A DNA stretch of 64,000 nt from assembly GCA_003522145.1 (NCBI GenBank), contig DPGD01000048.1, positions 3,927 through 67,926 on the forward strand. The letters run 5' to 3'. Each line of letters opens with the position of its first letter. Within the stretch, counting starts at the first letter, position 1. This document shows, piece by piece, positions 37,096 to 47,027 of the stretch. The notes beneath the pieces are model-generated. The model saw nothing but the letters and a program-made list of their open reading frames with translations. It did no database searches and was not told where the DNA came from. This DNA comes from Clostridiales bacterium. GTDB taxonomy: Bacteria > Bacillota > Clostridia > Oscillospirales > CAG-272. A program made the position numbers and the translations under genes.

Positions 37096-37863
37096 TCACC
37101 GATTCTGGCGCAACACCTCAAAAGCCAGGACTGTGGCGGCGGAGGCGGCGGACAGAGCGGCGTCAAAGTCTCTGCCGTAGTCCAGACGTATGATCTGGTC
37201 GCAACGGTCTAAAAGCTCTCTGGTGATTCCTCTTTTTTCTCCGCCGACGATGAGCAGAAGAGGTTTTTTCAGGTCGGATTCATAAACCGAGACGGAATTT
37301 GGCTGGTCGGCGCAGACCACCCGATAGCCCCACTTCTGAAAGAAGTGCAGGCAGTCTTCCGGCTGTGCCATATAGATGGGAAGGTATTCGGATGCACCGG
37401 CCGAAGAGCGGCAGACCGTCCCATCCGCACCGTTTCGCCGGATGCCCGGCAGAATCACGCCGTCGCAGCCCGCCGCATAGACCGAGCGCAGAGAATAGCC
37501 AAAATTGAAGGGGTCCTCCAAGCCCTCCATCAGAATATAAAACCCTTTCGGGGGAAGGGTAAGGGCTGTTAAAGGCGGGTATTCCCGTTCGGTAGCCACA
37601 GCCAGTATTCCGCCGTGGCTGTTTCCCACGGCAAGACGGGACAACTCCTCTTCGGGAATCAGTTCTATCGAAAAGCCACGCTCCTCTGCCCGGTGGCAGA
37701 GGTAGGCATATTCCTTTGGATTTTTACTTTTCCGAAGGGGAGAATAGAGAATTTTTTCTATATGCCGGTTGTTGAATCCGCTGTCATAAGCGGAAAGCAG
37801 AGCCCGGACAGAGAGGATCCCTTCAAAAAGCGGAGGCTTCGGGATCGGATCGGTTTTTTTCAT
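37096..37863 (-). CDS. TrmH/SpoU family RNA 2'-O-methyltransferase (RlmB-like)
   Basis: SpoU_sub_bind-like N-terminus and SpoU MTase motifs (LMEGLEDPFNFG, LIVGGEKRGI, LSAASAATVLAFE). Confidence 0.83.
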   Translation of the reverse strand: MKKTDPIPKPPLFEGILSVRALLSAYDSGFNNRHIEKILYSPLRKSKNPKEYAYLCHRAEERGFSIELIPEEELSRLAVGNSHGGILAVATEREYPPLTALTLPPKGFYILMEGLEDPFNFGYSLRSVYAAGCDGVILPGIRRNGADGTVCRSSAGASEYLPIYMAQPEDCLHFFQKWGYRVVCADQPNSVSVYESDLKKPLLLIVGGEKRGITRELLDRCDQIIRLDYGRDFDAALSAASAATVLAFEVLRQNR

Positions 37864-38791
37864 TCTTTCGTATACCCCTGTATTGCAAGTGCTTCAGACC
37901 GCAGATTCCGGGAAGAAAGCCCTCCCGGATACCGCCGGAGCAGATCACGATCTGCTCGGTGGAGAGTGTTTCAAAAATGCATTCAAAGGCGGCAGTGCCG
38001 GTGGATAACAACTGGTACCGGTCAGGGCAAAGACGCTTGGCCTCCTGCCACTGTTTTTCGGTTGGATTCCGGAAGATCCGGTAAAGGTCGGTGAAGGCGG
38101 TGCGCAAAAAGACATTTTCGCCCTTGGGAACGCCCAAAAGGGCGGTGGCCAATTTTCCGCAGGCCTTGGCGGTTCCTCCTACCAGCACGGCCGTTTTTCC
38201 GTGCTCTTTATAGGCAGAGCTGTCGGGCATAAGACCCTGCACAAAGGAGAAGAGCGCCTGATTTTCCTGTGCGGTCAGTCCCTTTCCCGGAGCAAAACGG
38301 TTCTTCAGAGAGAGTGCGCCGAAGGGACAGGAGTGGAGAAAGAGCGATTTTTTTTCTTCAAAAAAATTGAATTCGGTGCTTCCGCCGCCCATATCCAGCA
38401 TCACGCCCCGGCGGGGCAGAAAAGGACAGGTCAGAAGCATCCCGGTGAAACTGCAGGCGGCTTCTTCTTCTCCCGAAAGCAGCCGGATGCTCAGCCCGGT
38501 GCGCTCCTTCAGCCGGTCAATAACCGGCTGTGGATCTGCAATTTTCCGCAGGCTTGCGGTTGCAAAGGCGGCAATGACATCGCAATATTCCTCTTCTGCC
38601 TCTTTTTTATAGCGCAGAAGCGTTTCACAAAGCAGTTCAAAGCCGGTTTTCTCCAGGACCCCCTCCTTTATGTAGCTGATAAAGCGCAGGGGAACGGAAG
38701 CGTGAGTGTCGGTCGTGAACTCAGAACCCTCCACAGAAAAGACATCGTACTTCACGGTGTTGGAGCCAATGTCGATCACCATACAGCGCAT
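37823..38791 (-). CDS. Ppx/GppA family phosphatase
   Basis: Actin-like ATPase fold start VIDIGSNTVKYDVF and second phosphate loop DMGGGSTEF. Its 3' end overlaps the downstream methyltransferase start by 41 nt. Confidence 0.8.
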   Translation of the reverse strand: MRCMVIDIGSNTVKYDVFSVEGSEFTTDTHASVPLRFISYIKEGVLEKTGFELLCETLLRYKKEAEEEYCDVIAAFATASLRKIADPQPVIDRLKERTGLSIRLLSGEEEAACSFTGMLLTCPFLPRRGVMLDMGGGSTEFNFFEEKKSLFLHSCPFGALSLKNRFAPGKGLTAQENQALFSFVQGLMPDSSAYKEHGKTAVLVGGTAKACGKLATALLGVPKGENVFLRTAFTDLYRIFRNPTEKQWQEAKRLCPDRYQLLSTGTAAFECIFETLSTEQIVICSGGIREGFLPGICGLKHLQYRGIRKNEKNRSDPEASAF

Positions 38792-38895
38792 AGAACCACC
38801 ATCCCTTTCCGATCTTTATCGCATTGTAGCATACTTTTCCTCTGTTGTCAAAGGTTTTTCATCGGTATGCTTCCTGTTTGGCCGATGTTTTCCGG

Positions 38896-38925
38896 TCATA
38901 GAACAAGCTTTCCCGAGCATAAATT
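38896..38925 (+). promoter_or_regulatory. possible sigma-E type promoter of sigK
   Basis: TCATAGA, 15 nt spacer, CATAAATT. This resembles the mother-cell sigma-E consensus (TCATAxx ... CATACAxT). Confidence 0.35.
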
Positions 38926-38956
38926 TAGAAAACAGTCACCGGAAGGGAGAATAGCT

Positions 38957-39649
38957 ATGTTCGGTTCATCGGTTTTTGCGATCCTTGGAGGATTGTTCTA
39001 TTTGGTCCTGCATTTGAGCGACGGCAACCGCTTTCCGCCGCCTCTGTCGTCCGAAGAAGAGCGCACTTATTTCCGCAGGGCAAGGGCGGGGGACAGCAAG
39101 GCAAGGGAAAAGCTGATTGAACACAATCTGCGCCTGGTGGCGCACATTGTTCGCAAGTATTATTCCCAGAACAAAAATCAGGAGGATCTGATTTCCATTG
39201 GGTCCATAGGTCTTATAAAGGCCATCGACACCTTCAATATCAGCAACGGCGCCCGCTTCACCACCTATGCGGGCAAGTGCATTCAGAATGAAATCCTGAT
39301 GTATTTCCGGACCCAGAAAAAGACCGGAGCGGAAATTTCCATCAACGAGACGATTGATGTGGATAAGGACGGGAATCCCCTGACCTATGAGGATGTGCTC
39401 TGCACGGAGGACCACATTGCAGAGGAGTTATTTACCAAAATCAGCTCGGCAAAGGCGGTGGAATTCATCATGAAGGAGCTGGAGGACCGGGAGCGGAGGG
39501 TGCTGGTCAAGCGCTACGGTCTGGACGGGCAGGTGCCGCTGACGCAGCGGGAGATCGCAAAAGAAATGGGCATTTCCAGAAGCTATGTATCCAGAATCGA
39601 GAAGGGGGCTCTTCAGAAAATTGCCGAATACCTGCGGCTTTGCGTTTAG
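38957..39649 (+). CDS. sigK: RNA polymerase sporulation sigma factor SigK (pro-sigma-K), uninterrupted
   Basis: Hydrophobic pro-sequence MFGSSVFAILGGLFYLVLHL, then FPPPLSSEEE, LIEHNLRLVAHIVRKY and TQREIAKEMGISRSYVSRIEK. These track B. subtilis SigK closely. ATG follows GGAAGGGAG. Confidence 0.9.
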   Translation: MFGSSVFAILGGLFYLVLHLSDGNRFPPPLSSEEERTYFRRARAGDSKAREKLIEHNLRLVAHIVRKYYSQNKNQEDLISIGSIGLIKAIDTFNISNGARFTTYAGKCIQNEILMYFRTQKKTGAEISINETIDVDKDGNPLTYEDVLCTEDHIAEELFTKISSAKAVEFIMKELEDRERRVLVKRYGLDGQVPLTQREIAKEMGISRSYVSRIEKGALQKIAEYLRLCV

Positions 39650-39715
39650 GGAGAATACTTTCTTTCCGGCTTGCATACATATGCAATAAATGCTTGGAAA
39701 AAAGGAGTGGACGCA

Positions 39716-41278
39716 ATGGATTATACAAGAAAACCCGACTTCCGGCGGGGGGAGGACGAGAATTTCTGCGGGGCGGGAGAGGTGTTCCGGGAGAAGCGGC
39801 TGAAGGAATCCTCCGAAGACTACATTCTGCCCGATTATCTGCCGGACATCAAAAAGGTGGCGGCTGTTTTCCCCGCGGCAACCATCAAAGGACGGTTTTT
39901 GGGCAGCGGCACGCTGGAATATGAGGGGGAAGCGTGCTACAAAGTGCTGTATGTGGCAGAGGATCAGACTCTGCGCACCGCTGTTTTTCTCACCGGCTTT
40001 GAGGACAAAATCGGCAATGAGGAGCTGACCGAGGACTGCGTGGAGCTTCTGACACCGCTTTGCGAAGGGGTGAATGTACGGCTTCTGAATCCGCGAAAGC
40101 TGAATATCCGCTCCCAGAACGGTGCCGATGTGGCCGTTTACAAAAGAAGATGCTATATGCCGGAGCTGTACGGTGCCCGTACGGTGGAGGACGAAAACAA
40201 GCTTCAATGCGAAACCGCAGAGATGGCCGGAATGAATGTGCTTTGCCTGCGGGAAACCGGACTGACTCTCTCGGAGGATCTGTCCTTTGAGGCGGCCATG
40301 CCTACGGCAGGGGAGCTGGTGTTTTCCTTCTTCCGTCTGGTGCCCCAGGACTGCCGGGTGACCGAAGGGGAAGTCCAAATGCGGGGTACGGCGGAAATTT
40401 GTTGCATTCTTTCGGCCGGTAAGGACGCCGAAGGAAAAGAGGACTATTTCTGCTTGGAGCGCTCGCTGACCTTTTCCCAGACGGTGAAAAACAACTGTCT
40501 GCACGCAGGGGGCGTTTGCTTTGCCGAGCTGCAGCCGGAAGGAAGCGAATTCCGTCTGCGGGAGGATGAATTCGGACAGAAACGGGTGGTGGAAGCCGAC
40601 CTGACCTACCTTTGCGACCTGGCGGTATTCTATCCGAAAAATATCTTTTTGATGACCGACGGCTTTTCCTTGGAGAGGGAAACCGAGCTGTCCACTTCGG
40701 AAAAGGAATTCTGCACACTCTCCGCTCCCCTGAAGGGCGGCTTTTCGGTGAACGAGACGGTGGGTGTGGACCTGCCGGAGGAGGGCGGCTATCGCCTGTT
40801 CCAGTGTGTGGTCGAACCGGAAATGCACCTATGCGAAGAGGGCGAAAAGGCGACCTTGGAGGGAACGGCCGAGGTGCTGATGCTCTTAAAAGACAGTGCC
40901 GGAGCGCCGGACGCCCGCAGGGTCAGTCTGCCTTTGCGCTTCCGCACGGAAATTCCCATGGAGGGAAAAGGGGAGGCAAGAGTTTGCTGCAGAGCCTCCG
41001 GCACCCGATACCGTCTTTCGGGCAACAGACTCTCTTTGGATTTTGAGGTGGATTTCGGCGGTTATCTTCTCGGAAAACAGTCCCGCCGGACCGTAGACAC
41101 CCTGCGGATCCTGCCGGAACAGCGCAAAACACCCGGCAAGCGGGGAAGCATTCTCCTTTACTATCCGGACAAGGACGAATCGGCCTTCGCTGTGGCCAAG
41201 AAATACGGGATTCCTCCGGAGGAACCGGCAAAACAGCTGGCGGAAAAGCAGTCTCCCCTTTGTTTTTTCCGAAAATAA
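39716..41278 (+). CDS. SPOCS/DUF3794 repeat protein (SipL/SpoVID N-domain-like), probable sporulation protein
   Basis: Three repeats of the DUF3794-like pattern, for example ILPDYLPDIKKVAAVFPAATIKGRFLGSGTLEYEGEACYKVLYV. ATG 39716 follows AAGGAG. No LysM domain was seen. Confidence 0.55.
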   Translation: MDYTRKPDFRRGEDENFCGAGEVFREKRLKESSEDYILPDYLPDIKKVAAVFPAATIKGRFLGSGTLEYEGEACYKVLYVAEDQTLRTAVFLTGFEDKIGNEELTEDCVELLTPLCEGVNVRLLNPRKLNIRSQNGADVAVYKRRCYMPELYGARTVEDENKLQCETAEMAGMNVLCLRETGLTLSEDLSFEAAMPTAGELVFSFFRLVPQDCRVTEGEVQMRGTAEICCILSAGKDAEGKEDYFCLERSLTFSQTVKNNCLHAGGVCFAELQPEGSEFRLREDEFGQKRVVEADLTYLCDLAVFYPKNIFLMTDGFSLERETELSTSEKEFCTLSAPLKGGFSVNETVGVDLPEEGGYRLFQCVVEPEMHLCEEGEKATLEGTAEVLMLLKDSAGAPDARRVSLPLRFRTEIPMEGKGEARVCCRASGTRYRLSGNRLSLDFEVDFGGYLLGKQSRRTVDTLRILPEQRKTPGKRGSILLYYPDKDESAFAVAKKYGIPPEEPAKQLAEKQSPLCFFRK

Positions 41279-41286
41279 ACCTGATT

Positions 41287-41329
41287 GCAGATTGCCGGGA
41301 ATGTTCGGTTTCCGGCAACCTGCATTTTT
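41287..41329 (+). terminator. rho-independent terminator
   Basis: GCAGATTGCCGG...CCGGCAACCTGC followed by ATTTTTA. Confidence 0.65.
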
Positions 41330-41554
41330 ATCGAGCGGGCACTGACAAGGAAAAGCAGCGATCGGCGGATGAAAAAAAGATCGGGGGGGTCGCCGGAATT
41401 CAAAGCAAAAATACCGGAAAAAAATGTTTTGAAAAAATAGCATTTTGCCGTTCGGAAAACAAATATTGCTTCACATAAGAGCGCGGTAAAAAGCAAAGCA
41501 TAAAGATGCGTCGGAACAAAAAATTCAGACGCAGGATCAAACGATAAAGCAGAT

Positions 41555-42589
41555 TTGAGGTATGCAGAATTGAATGAAAGCCAGAGAAAAAAAGGCGGCA
41601 GAAGGACCGCAATGCTCCTTCTTGCCGCCCTGTTTCTCGGGATATTTTCGGAATCCGGTTTTTTTTCTTACGCAATCGGAGGGAAGGAACCGGAAAAGGA
41701 CAAGACGGAAGAAATCATGCTGATTCCGGGCGGTACACCCTTTGGCGTGCGGTTTTATACCGAAGGCGCTTTGGTGTACCGTTTGGAGGAAGGAAGCCCG
41801 GCGGAAAAAGCAGGACTGAAGGCAGGCGACCTGATCGTGAAGGTGAACGGACAGGAGCTTCCCAACGCCGGAAAGCTCCTGCTCCTTTTGGAAACCAGCG
41901 GCGATGCGGCGGACTTGGAAGTGCAGAGAAAGGGAAGAACGCTGTCCTTCAGGGTCCCTCTCCATGAGGAAAGCGGCAGGATGCTGGGCGTGCATGTACG
42001 GGACAGCGTGGCAGGCATTGGCACGATCACCTATTATGACGGGGAAAAAGGCGTTTTTGCAGGTCTGGGACACGGAATTTGCGACGGTGTAAACGGAAGC
42101 ATTCTGCCCCTTTCTCACGGAAGCGTGACGAAGGTCCGGCTCACTTCGGTGAAGAAGGGCGAAAAGGGACTTCCGGGACAGCTGCGAGGGGTGTTCTGTC
42201 CGGCGGCTATCGGTGAGGTCACGGCCAACACCGAACAGGGAATTTTCGGAAAATGCGATCCGCCCAAGGGAGAAAAAGCGCTGCCTGCGGCACAAAAGAA
42301 CGAAGTGCATGAGGGAGACGCCGAAATTCTTTCCACCCTGACCGACGGTCAGCCCGGACGCTATAAAATCCGGATCGAAAAAATTCTTTCCATGGACAGC
42401 CCGGACAAGAACTACCTGTTGCGGGTGACAGACAAGGAGCTTTTGGAGCTTTCCGGAGGAATTGTGCAGGGAATGAGCGGCAGTCCCATTCTCCAGGACG
42501 GACGGATCGTGGGTGCAGTCACCCATGTGTTGCTGGAAGATCCTCAAAAGGGCTACGGAATCTATATCGGAAATATGCTGGGAAAATGA
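41555..42589 (+). CDS. spoIVB: stage IV sporulation protein B (SpoIVB, S55 signalling peptidase with PDZ domain)
   Basis: PDZ segment (SPAEKAGLKAGDLIVKVNG), GIGTITYYD..FAGLGHGI, and the catalytic Ser region GMSGSPILQDGRIVGAVTHV. The start is uncertain: TTG at 41555 or 41570, or a downstream ATG. Confidence 0.88.
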   Translation: MRYAELNESQRKKGGRRTAMLLLAALFLGIFSESGFFSYAIGGKEPEKDKTEEIMLIPGGTPFGVRFYTEGALVYRLEEGSPAEKAGLKAGDLIVKVNGQELPNAGKLLLLLETSGDAADLEVQRKGRTLSFRVPLHEESGRMLGVHVRDSVAGIGTITYYDGEKGVFAGLGHGICDGVNGSILPLSHGSVTKVRLTSVKKGEKGLPGQLRGVFCPAAIGEVTANTEQGIFGKCDPPKGEKALPAAQKNEVHEGDAEILSTLTDGQPGRYKIRIEKILSMDSPDKNYLLRVTDKELLELSGGIVQGMSGSPILQDGRIVGAVTHVLLEDPQKGYGIYIGNMLGK

Positions 42590-42596
42590 AAATCCG

Positions 42597-42641
42597 GAAG
42601 AGGGGGCGTGCGCAGTGCTTTTTGTGCGTCCCCTTCTTTTT
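42597..42641 (+). terminator. imperfect rho-independent terminator after spoIVB
   Basis: G/C-rich interrupted stem (GGGG..CGCA / TGCG..CCCC) followed by TTCTTTTT. Confidence 0.45.
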
Positions 42642-42643
42642 GG

Positions 42644-42672
42644 TTGACAAACAGAGGAAAAGGTTGTATACT
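42644..42672 (+). promoter_or_regulatory. sigma-A type promoter of pepT
   Basis: TTGACA, 17 nt spacer, TATACT. Confidence 0.5.
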
Positions 42673-42701
42673 GAAGCCGGAAAAAGAAGGGAATTATTGA
42701 T

Positions 42702-43916
42702 ATGAGAGCTTATGAAAGACTGTTGCGCTATGCAAAAATTTATACCGAAAGCGATCCCGCAAGCGAAAGCCATCCCTCCTCGGCCAATCAGTTTGACCTG
42801 GCCAGGATTCTTGAGGGGGAACTGAAGGAACTGGGAGCCGGGAAGACGGAGCTGACCGAACAATGTTTGGTATATGGTTGGTTTGAGGCCACCAGGGGAA
42901 GAGAAGAGGACGAAACGGTGGGCTTTATAGCCCACATGGACACAGCCCCTGATTTTCAGGGGAAGGAAGTGCGCCCTCTGATGCATGAAAACTACAGCGG
43001 AGAGGCGTTGCCTCTCGGAACAAGCGGTCGGGTGTTGGATCCGGAGGTTTTTCCCGAACTGAAGAAACTGAAGGGAAGGACTTTAATCACCTCCGACGGC
43101 ACGACCTTGCTTGGTGCGGACGATAAGGCGGGCATTGCCGAAATTCTTACCATGCTTGAACGGTTGAAAAACGAAGATCTGCCCCACGGTCGGATTGCCG
43201 TCTGTTTTACGCCCGATGAGGAAGTGGGCAAGGGCACCGATTGCTTTGATATACAGAAATTCGGAGCGACGTATGCCTATACAGTGGACGGAGGGGAAGA
43301 GGGGGAAGTGGTATATGAGAATTTCAACGCCGCATCCGCCAAGGTCTTTTTTGAGGGTGTGAATGTGCACACTGGAAGTGCATATGGAGTGATGGTGAAT
43401 GCCTGTCGGCTGGCCATGGAATTTCTCGGCAGAATGCCCCAAACGGAAGTGCCGGAAAAAACCCGGAACTATGAGGGTTTCTTCCATCTCGGAGAAATGC
43501 AGGGCGATGTGGAAAGGGCCACGCTTTCTTTTCTCATCCGGGATCACGACCGGGTGAAGTTTGAAGAACGGAAGGCGCTGCTGCAGAGCCTTGCCGAAAG
43601 CATGAACGAGGAACTCGGAAGGCTCTTTGTGAAGGTGGAGATCACCGACTCCTATTTCAACATGAAGGAAAAGATCGAACCGGTGTTTCATGTGGTGGAA
43701 CGGGCCTTTAAGGCCACCCGAAATGCCGGCATAGAGCCCATAACCAGCCCCATCAGAGGCGGGACAGACGGCGCAAGACTCTCCTATGCCGGATTGCCCA
43801 CCCCCAATCTGGGCACGGGCGGGTATGCCTTTCACGGGCCCTTTGAACACATAACAGCCGAAGGCATGGATATTGTGACCGAAATTCTTGTATCGGTTGC
43901 GACGCTGAAGGACTGA
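42702..43916 (+). CDS. pepT: peptidase T (tripeptide aminopeptidase, M20B)
   Basis: MRAYERLLRYAKIYTESD, IAHMDTAPD, GADDKAGIAEI, TPDEEVG and RGGTDG motifs. Confidence 0.92.
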   Translation: MRAYERLLRYAKIYTESDPASESHPSSANQFDLARILEGELKELGAGKTELTEQCLVYGWFEATRGREEDETVGFIAHMDTAPDFQGKEVRPLMHENYSGEALPLGTSGRVLDPEVFPELKKLKGRTLITSDGTTLLGADDKAGIAEILTMLERLKNEDLPHGRIAVCFTPDEEVGKGTDCFDIQKFGATYAYTVDGGEEGEVVYENFNAASAKVFFEGVNVHTGSAYGVMVNACRLAMEFLGRMPQTEVPEKTRNYEGFFHLGEMQGDVERATLSFLIRDHDRVKFEERKALLQSLAESMNEELGRLFVKVEITDSYFNMKEKIEPVFHVVERAFKATRNAGIEPITSPIRGGTDGARLSYAGLPTPNLGTGGYAFHGPFEHITAEGMDIVTEILVSVATLKD

Positions 43917-43990
43917 ACCGGAACGGCACAAAACGGAAGACAAAACGGAAGAATGGAAGAATGGAAGAAAGAAAGGAGAAATAGTCCCGT

Positions 43991-44956
43991 ATGGAAGAAA
44001 TGACCACACTGCAACAGGCCTATTACCACCTGAAAAAGAGGGAGTTCGGGGAGGCACGCAAGCTCTTTGACCTGTGTCTTTGCAAGGCGCCGGAGCCCTC
44101 TGCCTATATCGGCCGGCTTCTTTCCGATAACGGCCTGCGGGAAGAGTCGGAGCTGCCGCTGTTGCCCTGTCCCCTTTCTTCTTATGAAGATTTTCTGGCG
44201 GCATACGACTGCGGAGGAAAAGGCTACCGGCAGACCCTTTCAGACTATGAGAACGAGCAGAAAAGACTTTTGGAGAAGAAGGAAGAAAACTATCGGGCGC
44301 TTGTGGCGGGAATGGAGCGGGAGACTTTCGTCAGGGAGGAGCTGGAGATGCTCTGGGGAAAGGCCGTGGAGCTGAACGGCTATAAGGACAGCAAGGAGCG
44401 GAAGGAAGAGATCTCCCGTCAATTGGAAAAGCTGGAGGAAGAGGAAAAGAAAAAGAACAAAAAGAAAAAGAAAATCCTCATTCCGGTTTTTTCTCTTGTT
44501 TTCCTTGGAATTCTGGTATTCGGAGTCTTCTCTTCCTTTCCGAAGGTGAACGGTGTGCGCTATGCCCTGACGGTTGACGGTTTTGTGGCGGTTTCCTGTG
44601 AAGAGGAACAGAAGGAGATCGTTCTCGAAGAGAGAGTTCACGGCATCAGGGTGACCGGGCTTTCAAAAAACGCATTCAGAGACAGGACGAATTTAGAGAG
44701 AGCCGTTCTGCATTCCGGAATAAAGACCATCGGTTCCTCGGCCTTCAACGGCTGTACGGCACTGAAGGAGGTGCAGGAAGCGGAAGGCGTTCTGGAGGTG
44801 GGCGGCAAAGCCTTTAAGGATTGTGTTTCGCTGAAGATACTCCGTCTGCATGAGGGATGTCTGTTTGACGAAAAGGACTCTTTCAAGAATTGCGAAGGGC
44901 TGGAAATCTATCTGGGAGAGGAGAAGCTTCCGGCAGGTGCCGGAAATCAGAAGTGA
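43991..44956 (+). CDS. single-pass membrane protein with C-terminal BspA-type leucine-rich repeats
   Basis: Central K-rich stop-transfer plus TM (KKKKKILIPVFSLVFLGILVFGVF). The C-terminus has repeats of the form I..SAF..C..L, typical of LRR_5. Confidence 0.6.
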   Translation: MEEMTTLQQAYYHLKKREFGEARKLFDLCLCKAPEPSAYIGRLLSDNGLREESELPLLPCPLSSYEDFLAAYDCGGKGYRQTLSDYENEQKRLLEKKEENYRALVAGMERETFVREELEMLWGKAVELNGYKDSKERKEEISRQLEKLEEEEKKKNKKKKKILIPVFSLVFLGILVFGVFSSFPKVNGVRYALTVDGFVAVSCEEEQKEIVLEERVHGIRVTGLSKNAFRDRTNLERAVLHSGIKTIGSSAFNGCTALKEVQEAEGVLEVGGKAFKDCVSLKILRLHEGCLFDEKDSFKNCEGLEIYLGEEKLPAGAGNQK

Positions 44957-44963
44957 GAGGACT

Positions 44964-45827
44964 ATGGTTTCGGACTTTTTCGGGTACAAGCTGGAATTTG
45001 AGGGCTATGACGGAGGGGACCTTTTCGGAACAACCCATATTCTTTTTATGGTCGGCGCCTTTCTGTTCACGGGTCTTGTGTGTGTTCTGACCAGAAAAAT
45101 GCCCAAGCGCCGGGTGGAAATTTTCCTGAAGGTGCTTTTGGTGGTTGTGCCGGTGCTGGAAGCGGCGAAGATCTGCTGGGAAAGCTACTACGATATTCAT
45201 GTTTACGGCGGACAATTCAATTTTTCCGGACTTTTGCCCCTGTACCCCTGCAGTTTGTTTTTATACGCCCTGCCTCTGGCGGCATGGGCAAAGGGAAAAC
45301 TGAAGGACTGGGTCCTTTCTTTTCTGACCACGATGGGCGTTTTCTTCGGGCTGACCAATTTTGTATATCTGAATGTGCTGAAGGTCTACCCGCTGTTCAC
45401 CTATGCTTCCATGGTTTCTTTCAACTATCACTTTCTCATGGTGTTCACCGGGATTTTCCTGCAGGCCACCGGCTACTACCGTCCCCGGCTGTATTCGGTT
45501 TTCAAGGCAGAGGGACTGTTTGCCCTGTATGCCCTTGTTCCCGCGACGGTGAATTACATCGGCAACCGGATTTCTCCTTTTGAATGGTTTGACTATTGCT
45601 TCCTTTACAACGGAAACAGCTTTCCCTTTCTTCTTTCCCAGGTCCGGCAGGCTCTGGGGGAGGATCTTCGCTTGGTGTACACCCTTCTGGTCATTGCCGG
45701 ATTTACCCTTCCGGCGCTGGTTGCCTTTGGCGTTTCCCAGGGAATCAGGGGTATGGCCGGTATTTTCGGGCGGAAAAAACAGGCACATGCTGTGCAAAAG
45801 GAAAAATATATGAGTAAAATCCGGTAA
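44964..45827 (+). CDS. polytopic membrane protein (possibly YwaF/TIGR02206-like)
   Basis: About 7 TM helices. Start at internal ATG 44964, just after the upstream stop. The family assignment is tentative. Confidence 0.55.
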   Translation: MVSDFFGYKLEFEGYDGGDLFGTTHILFMVGAFLFTGLVCVLTRKMPKRRVEIFLKVLLVVVPVLEAAKICWESYYDIHVYGGQFNFSGLLPLYPCSLFLYALPLAAWAKGKLKDWVLSFLTTMGVFFGLTNFVYLNVLKVYPLFTYASMVSFNYHFLMVFTGIFLQATGYYRPRLYSVFKAEGLFALYALVPATVNYIGNRISPFEWFDYCFLYNGNSFPFLLSQVRQALGEDLRLVYTLLVIAGFTLPALVAFGVSQGIRGMAGIFGRKKQAHAVQKEKYMSKIR

Positions 45828-45881
45828 AAAAAGACGAATCTGTAAAATTTCCGCCAAATGAGGTTTTTTTTGAAAAAAGAC

Positions 45882-45910
45882 TTGTATATTTGAAAAATTT
45901 GGTGTAGAAT
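45882..45910 (+). promoter_or_regulatory. sigma-A type promoter of gap
   Basis: TTGTAT, 17 nt spacer, TAGAAT. Confidence 0.45.
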
Positions 45911-45958
45911 ATACAGGCAAAATGAATGTTATTTAAAAATATCCGGAGGATAAGAATT

Positions 45959-47008
45959 ATGGCAAATGTAAGAGTAGCGATCAATGGTTTCGGAAGAATC
46001 GGCCGTCTGGCTTTCAGACAGATGTTCGGCGCAAAGGGCTATACCGTGGTTGCAATCAATGATTTAACCAAGCCTTCCATGCTGGCTCACCTGCTGAAGT
46101 ACGATTCCACTCAGGGCAGATATGCTCTGGGCGATACCGTGTCCGCAAATGACGAAGAGGGCACCATTACCGTAAACGGCAAAACCATCAAGATCTATTC
46201 CGAGAAGGACGCAGCAAACTGCCCCTGGAAGAAGCTGAAGGTGGATGTGGTTCTGGAGTGCACCGGCTTCTACACCGATATTGCAGACGCCAACAAGCAC
46301 ATTCTGGCAGGCGCACGGAAGGTGGTTATTTCCGCTCCCGCGTCCAACAAAAAGGATCCGGAGCACTTCTCCATGCCCAAGACCATCGTGTACTCGGTGA
46401 ATGAGAGCACCTTGACTGCCGAGGATCAGATCATTTCCGCTGCATCCTGCACCACCAACTGCTTGGCTCCTATGACCAAGGCTCTGAATGACTATGCACC
46501 CATCCAGACCGGCATTATGACCACTGTTCATGCATACACCGGCGACCAGATGGTTCTGGACGGCCCCCACAGAAAGGGTGACCTGAGAAGAGCCCGTGCC
46601 GCTGCTGTGAACATCGTTCCCAACTCCACCGGTGCCGCTAAGGCCATCGGTCTGGTTATTCCCGAGCTGAAGGGCAAGCTGATCGGTTCTGCTCAGAGAG
46701 TGCCCACTCCTACCGGTTCCACCACGATCCTGGTGGCCGTGGTGAAGGGCAAGGATGTGACTGTGGAGGGTATCAACGCCGCCATGAAGGCAGCCTCTTC
46801 TCCTTCCTTCGGTTACAATGAAGAGCCCATCGTTTCTTCCGATGTGATCGGAATCACCTACGGTTCTCTGTTCGACGCTACCCAGACCATGGTGGTGAAG
46901 ATCGACGAGGACACCTACCAGGTGCAGGTCGTTTCCTGGTACGACAACGAAAACTCCTATACCAGCCAGATGGTTCGTACGATCAAGTACTTCTCCGAGC
47001 TGCAGTAA
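45959..47008 (+). CDS. gap: glyceraldehyde-3-phosphate dehydrogenase
   Basis: [11 protein letters not shown], active site SCTTNCLAP, and WYDNE. ATG follows GGAGGA. Confidence 0.95.
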   Translation: MANVRVAINGFGRIGRLAFRQMFGAKGYTVVAINDLTKPSMLAHLLKYDSTQGRYALGDTVSANDEEGTITVNGKTIKIYSEKDAANCPWKKLKVDVVLECTGFYTDIADANKHILAGARKVVISAPASNKKDPEHFSMPKTIVYSVNESTLTAEDQIISAASCTTNCLAPMTKALNDYAPIQTGIMTTVHAYTGDQMVLDGPHRKGDLRRARAAAVNIVPNSTGAAKAIGLVIPELKGKLIGSAQRVPTPTGSTTILVAVVKGKDVTVEGINAAMKAASSPSFGYNEEPIVSSDVIGITYGSLFDATQTMVVKIDEDTYQVQVVSWYDNENSYTSQMVRTIKYFSELQ

Positions 47009-47027
47009 AAGAGAATTAAGAGCAAAA

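Noticed and set aside
36630-37193. 187-aa plus-strand ORF, with overlapping ORFs at 36847-37212 and 36695-36898
   Set aside because: It overlaps the 5' end of the minus-strand membrane-protein gene and the 3' end of the methyltransferase gene. It has no RBS, and the sequence is Arg/Lys-rich and motif-free.
37823-37863. 41-nt overlap of the Ppx/GppA gene and the TrmH-family gene, considered as a possible frameshift or fusion
   Set aside because: Both proteins are full-length with intact termini in different frames. The overlap is compatible with ordinary translational coupling, or the methyltransferase may use a slightly later start.
38957-39649. sigK interrupted by a skin-like prophage element
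   Set aside because: The reading frame is continuous from the pro-sequence to the region 4.2 helix-turn-helix (231 aa). No recombinase or insertion is present.
43917-43990. Purine-rich short repeats (AAAACGGAAGA x2, GAATGGAA x2) upstream of the LRR protein gene
   Set aside because: They are very short and overlap an extended purine-rich RBS region. This is most simply explained as low-complexity sequence rather than a functional repeat.
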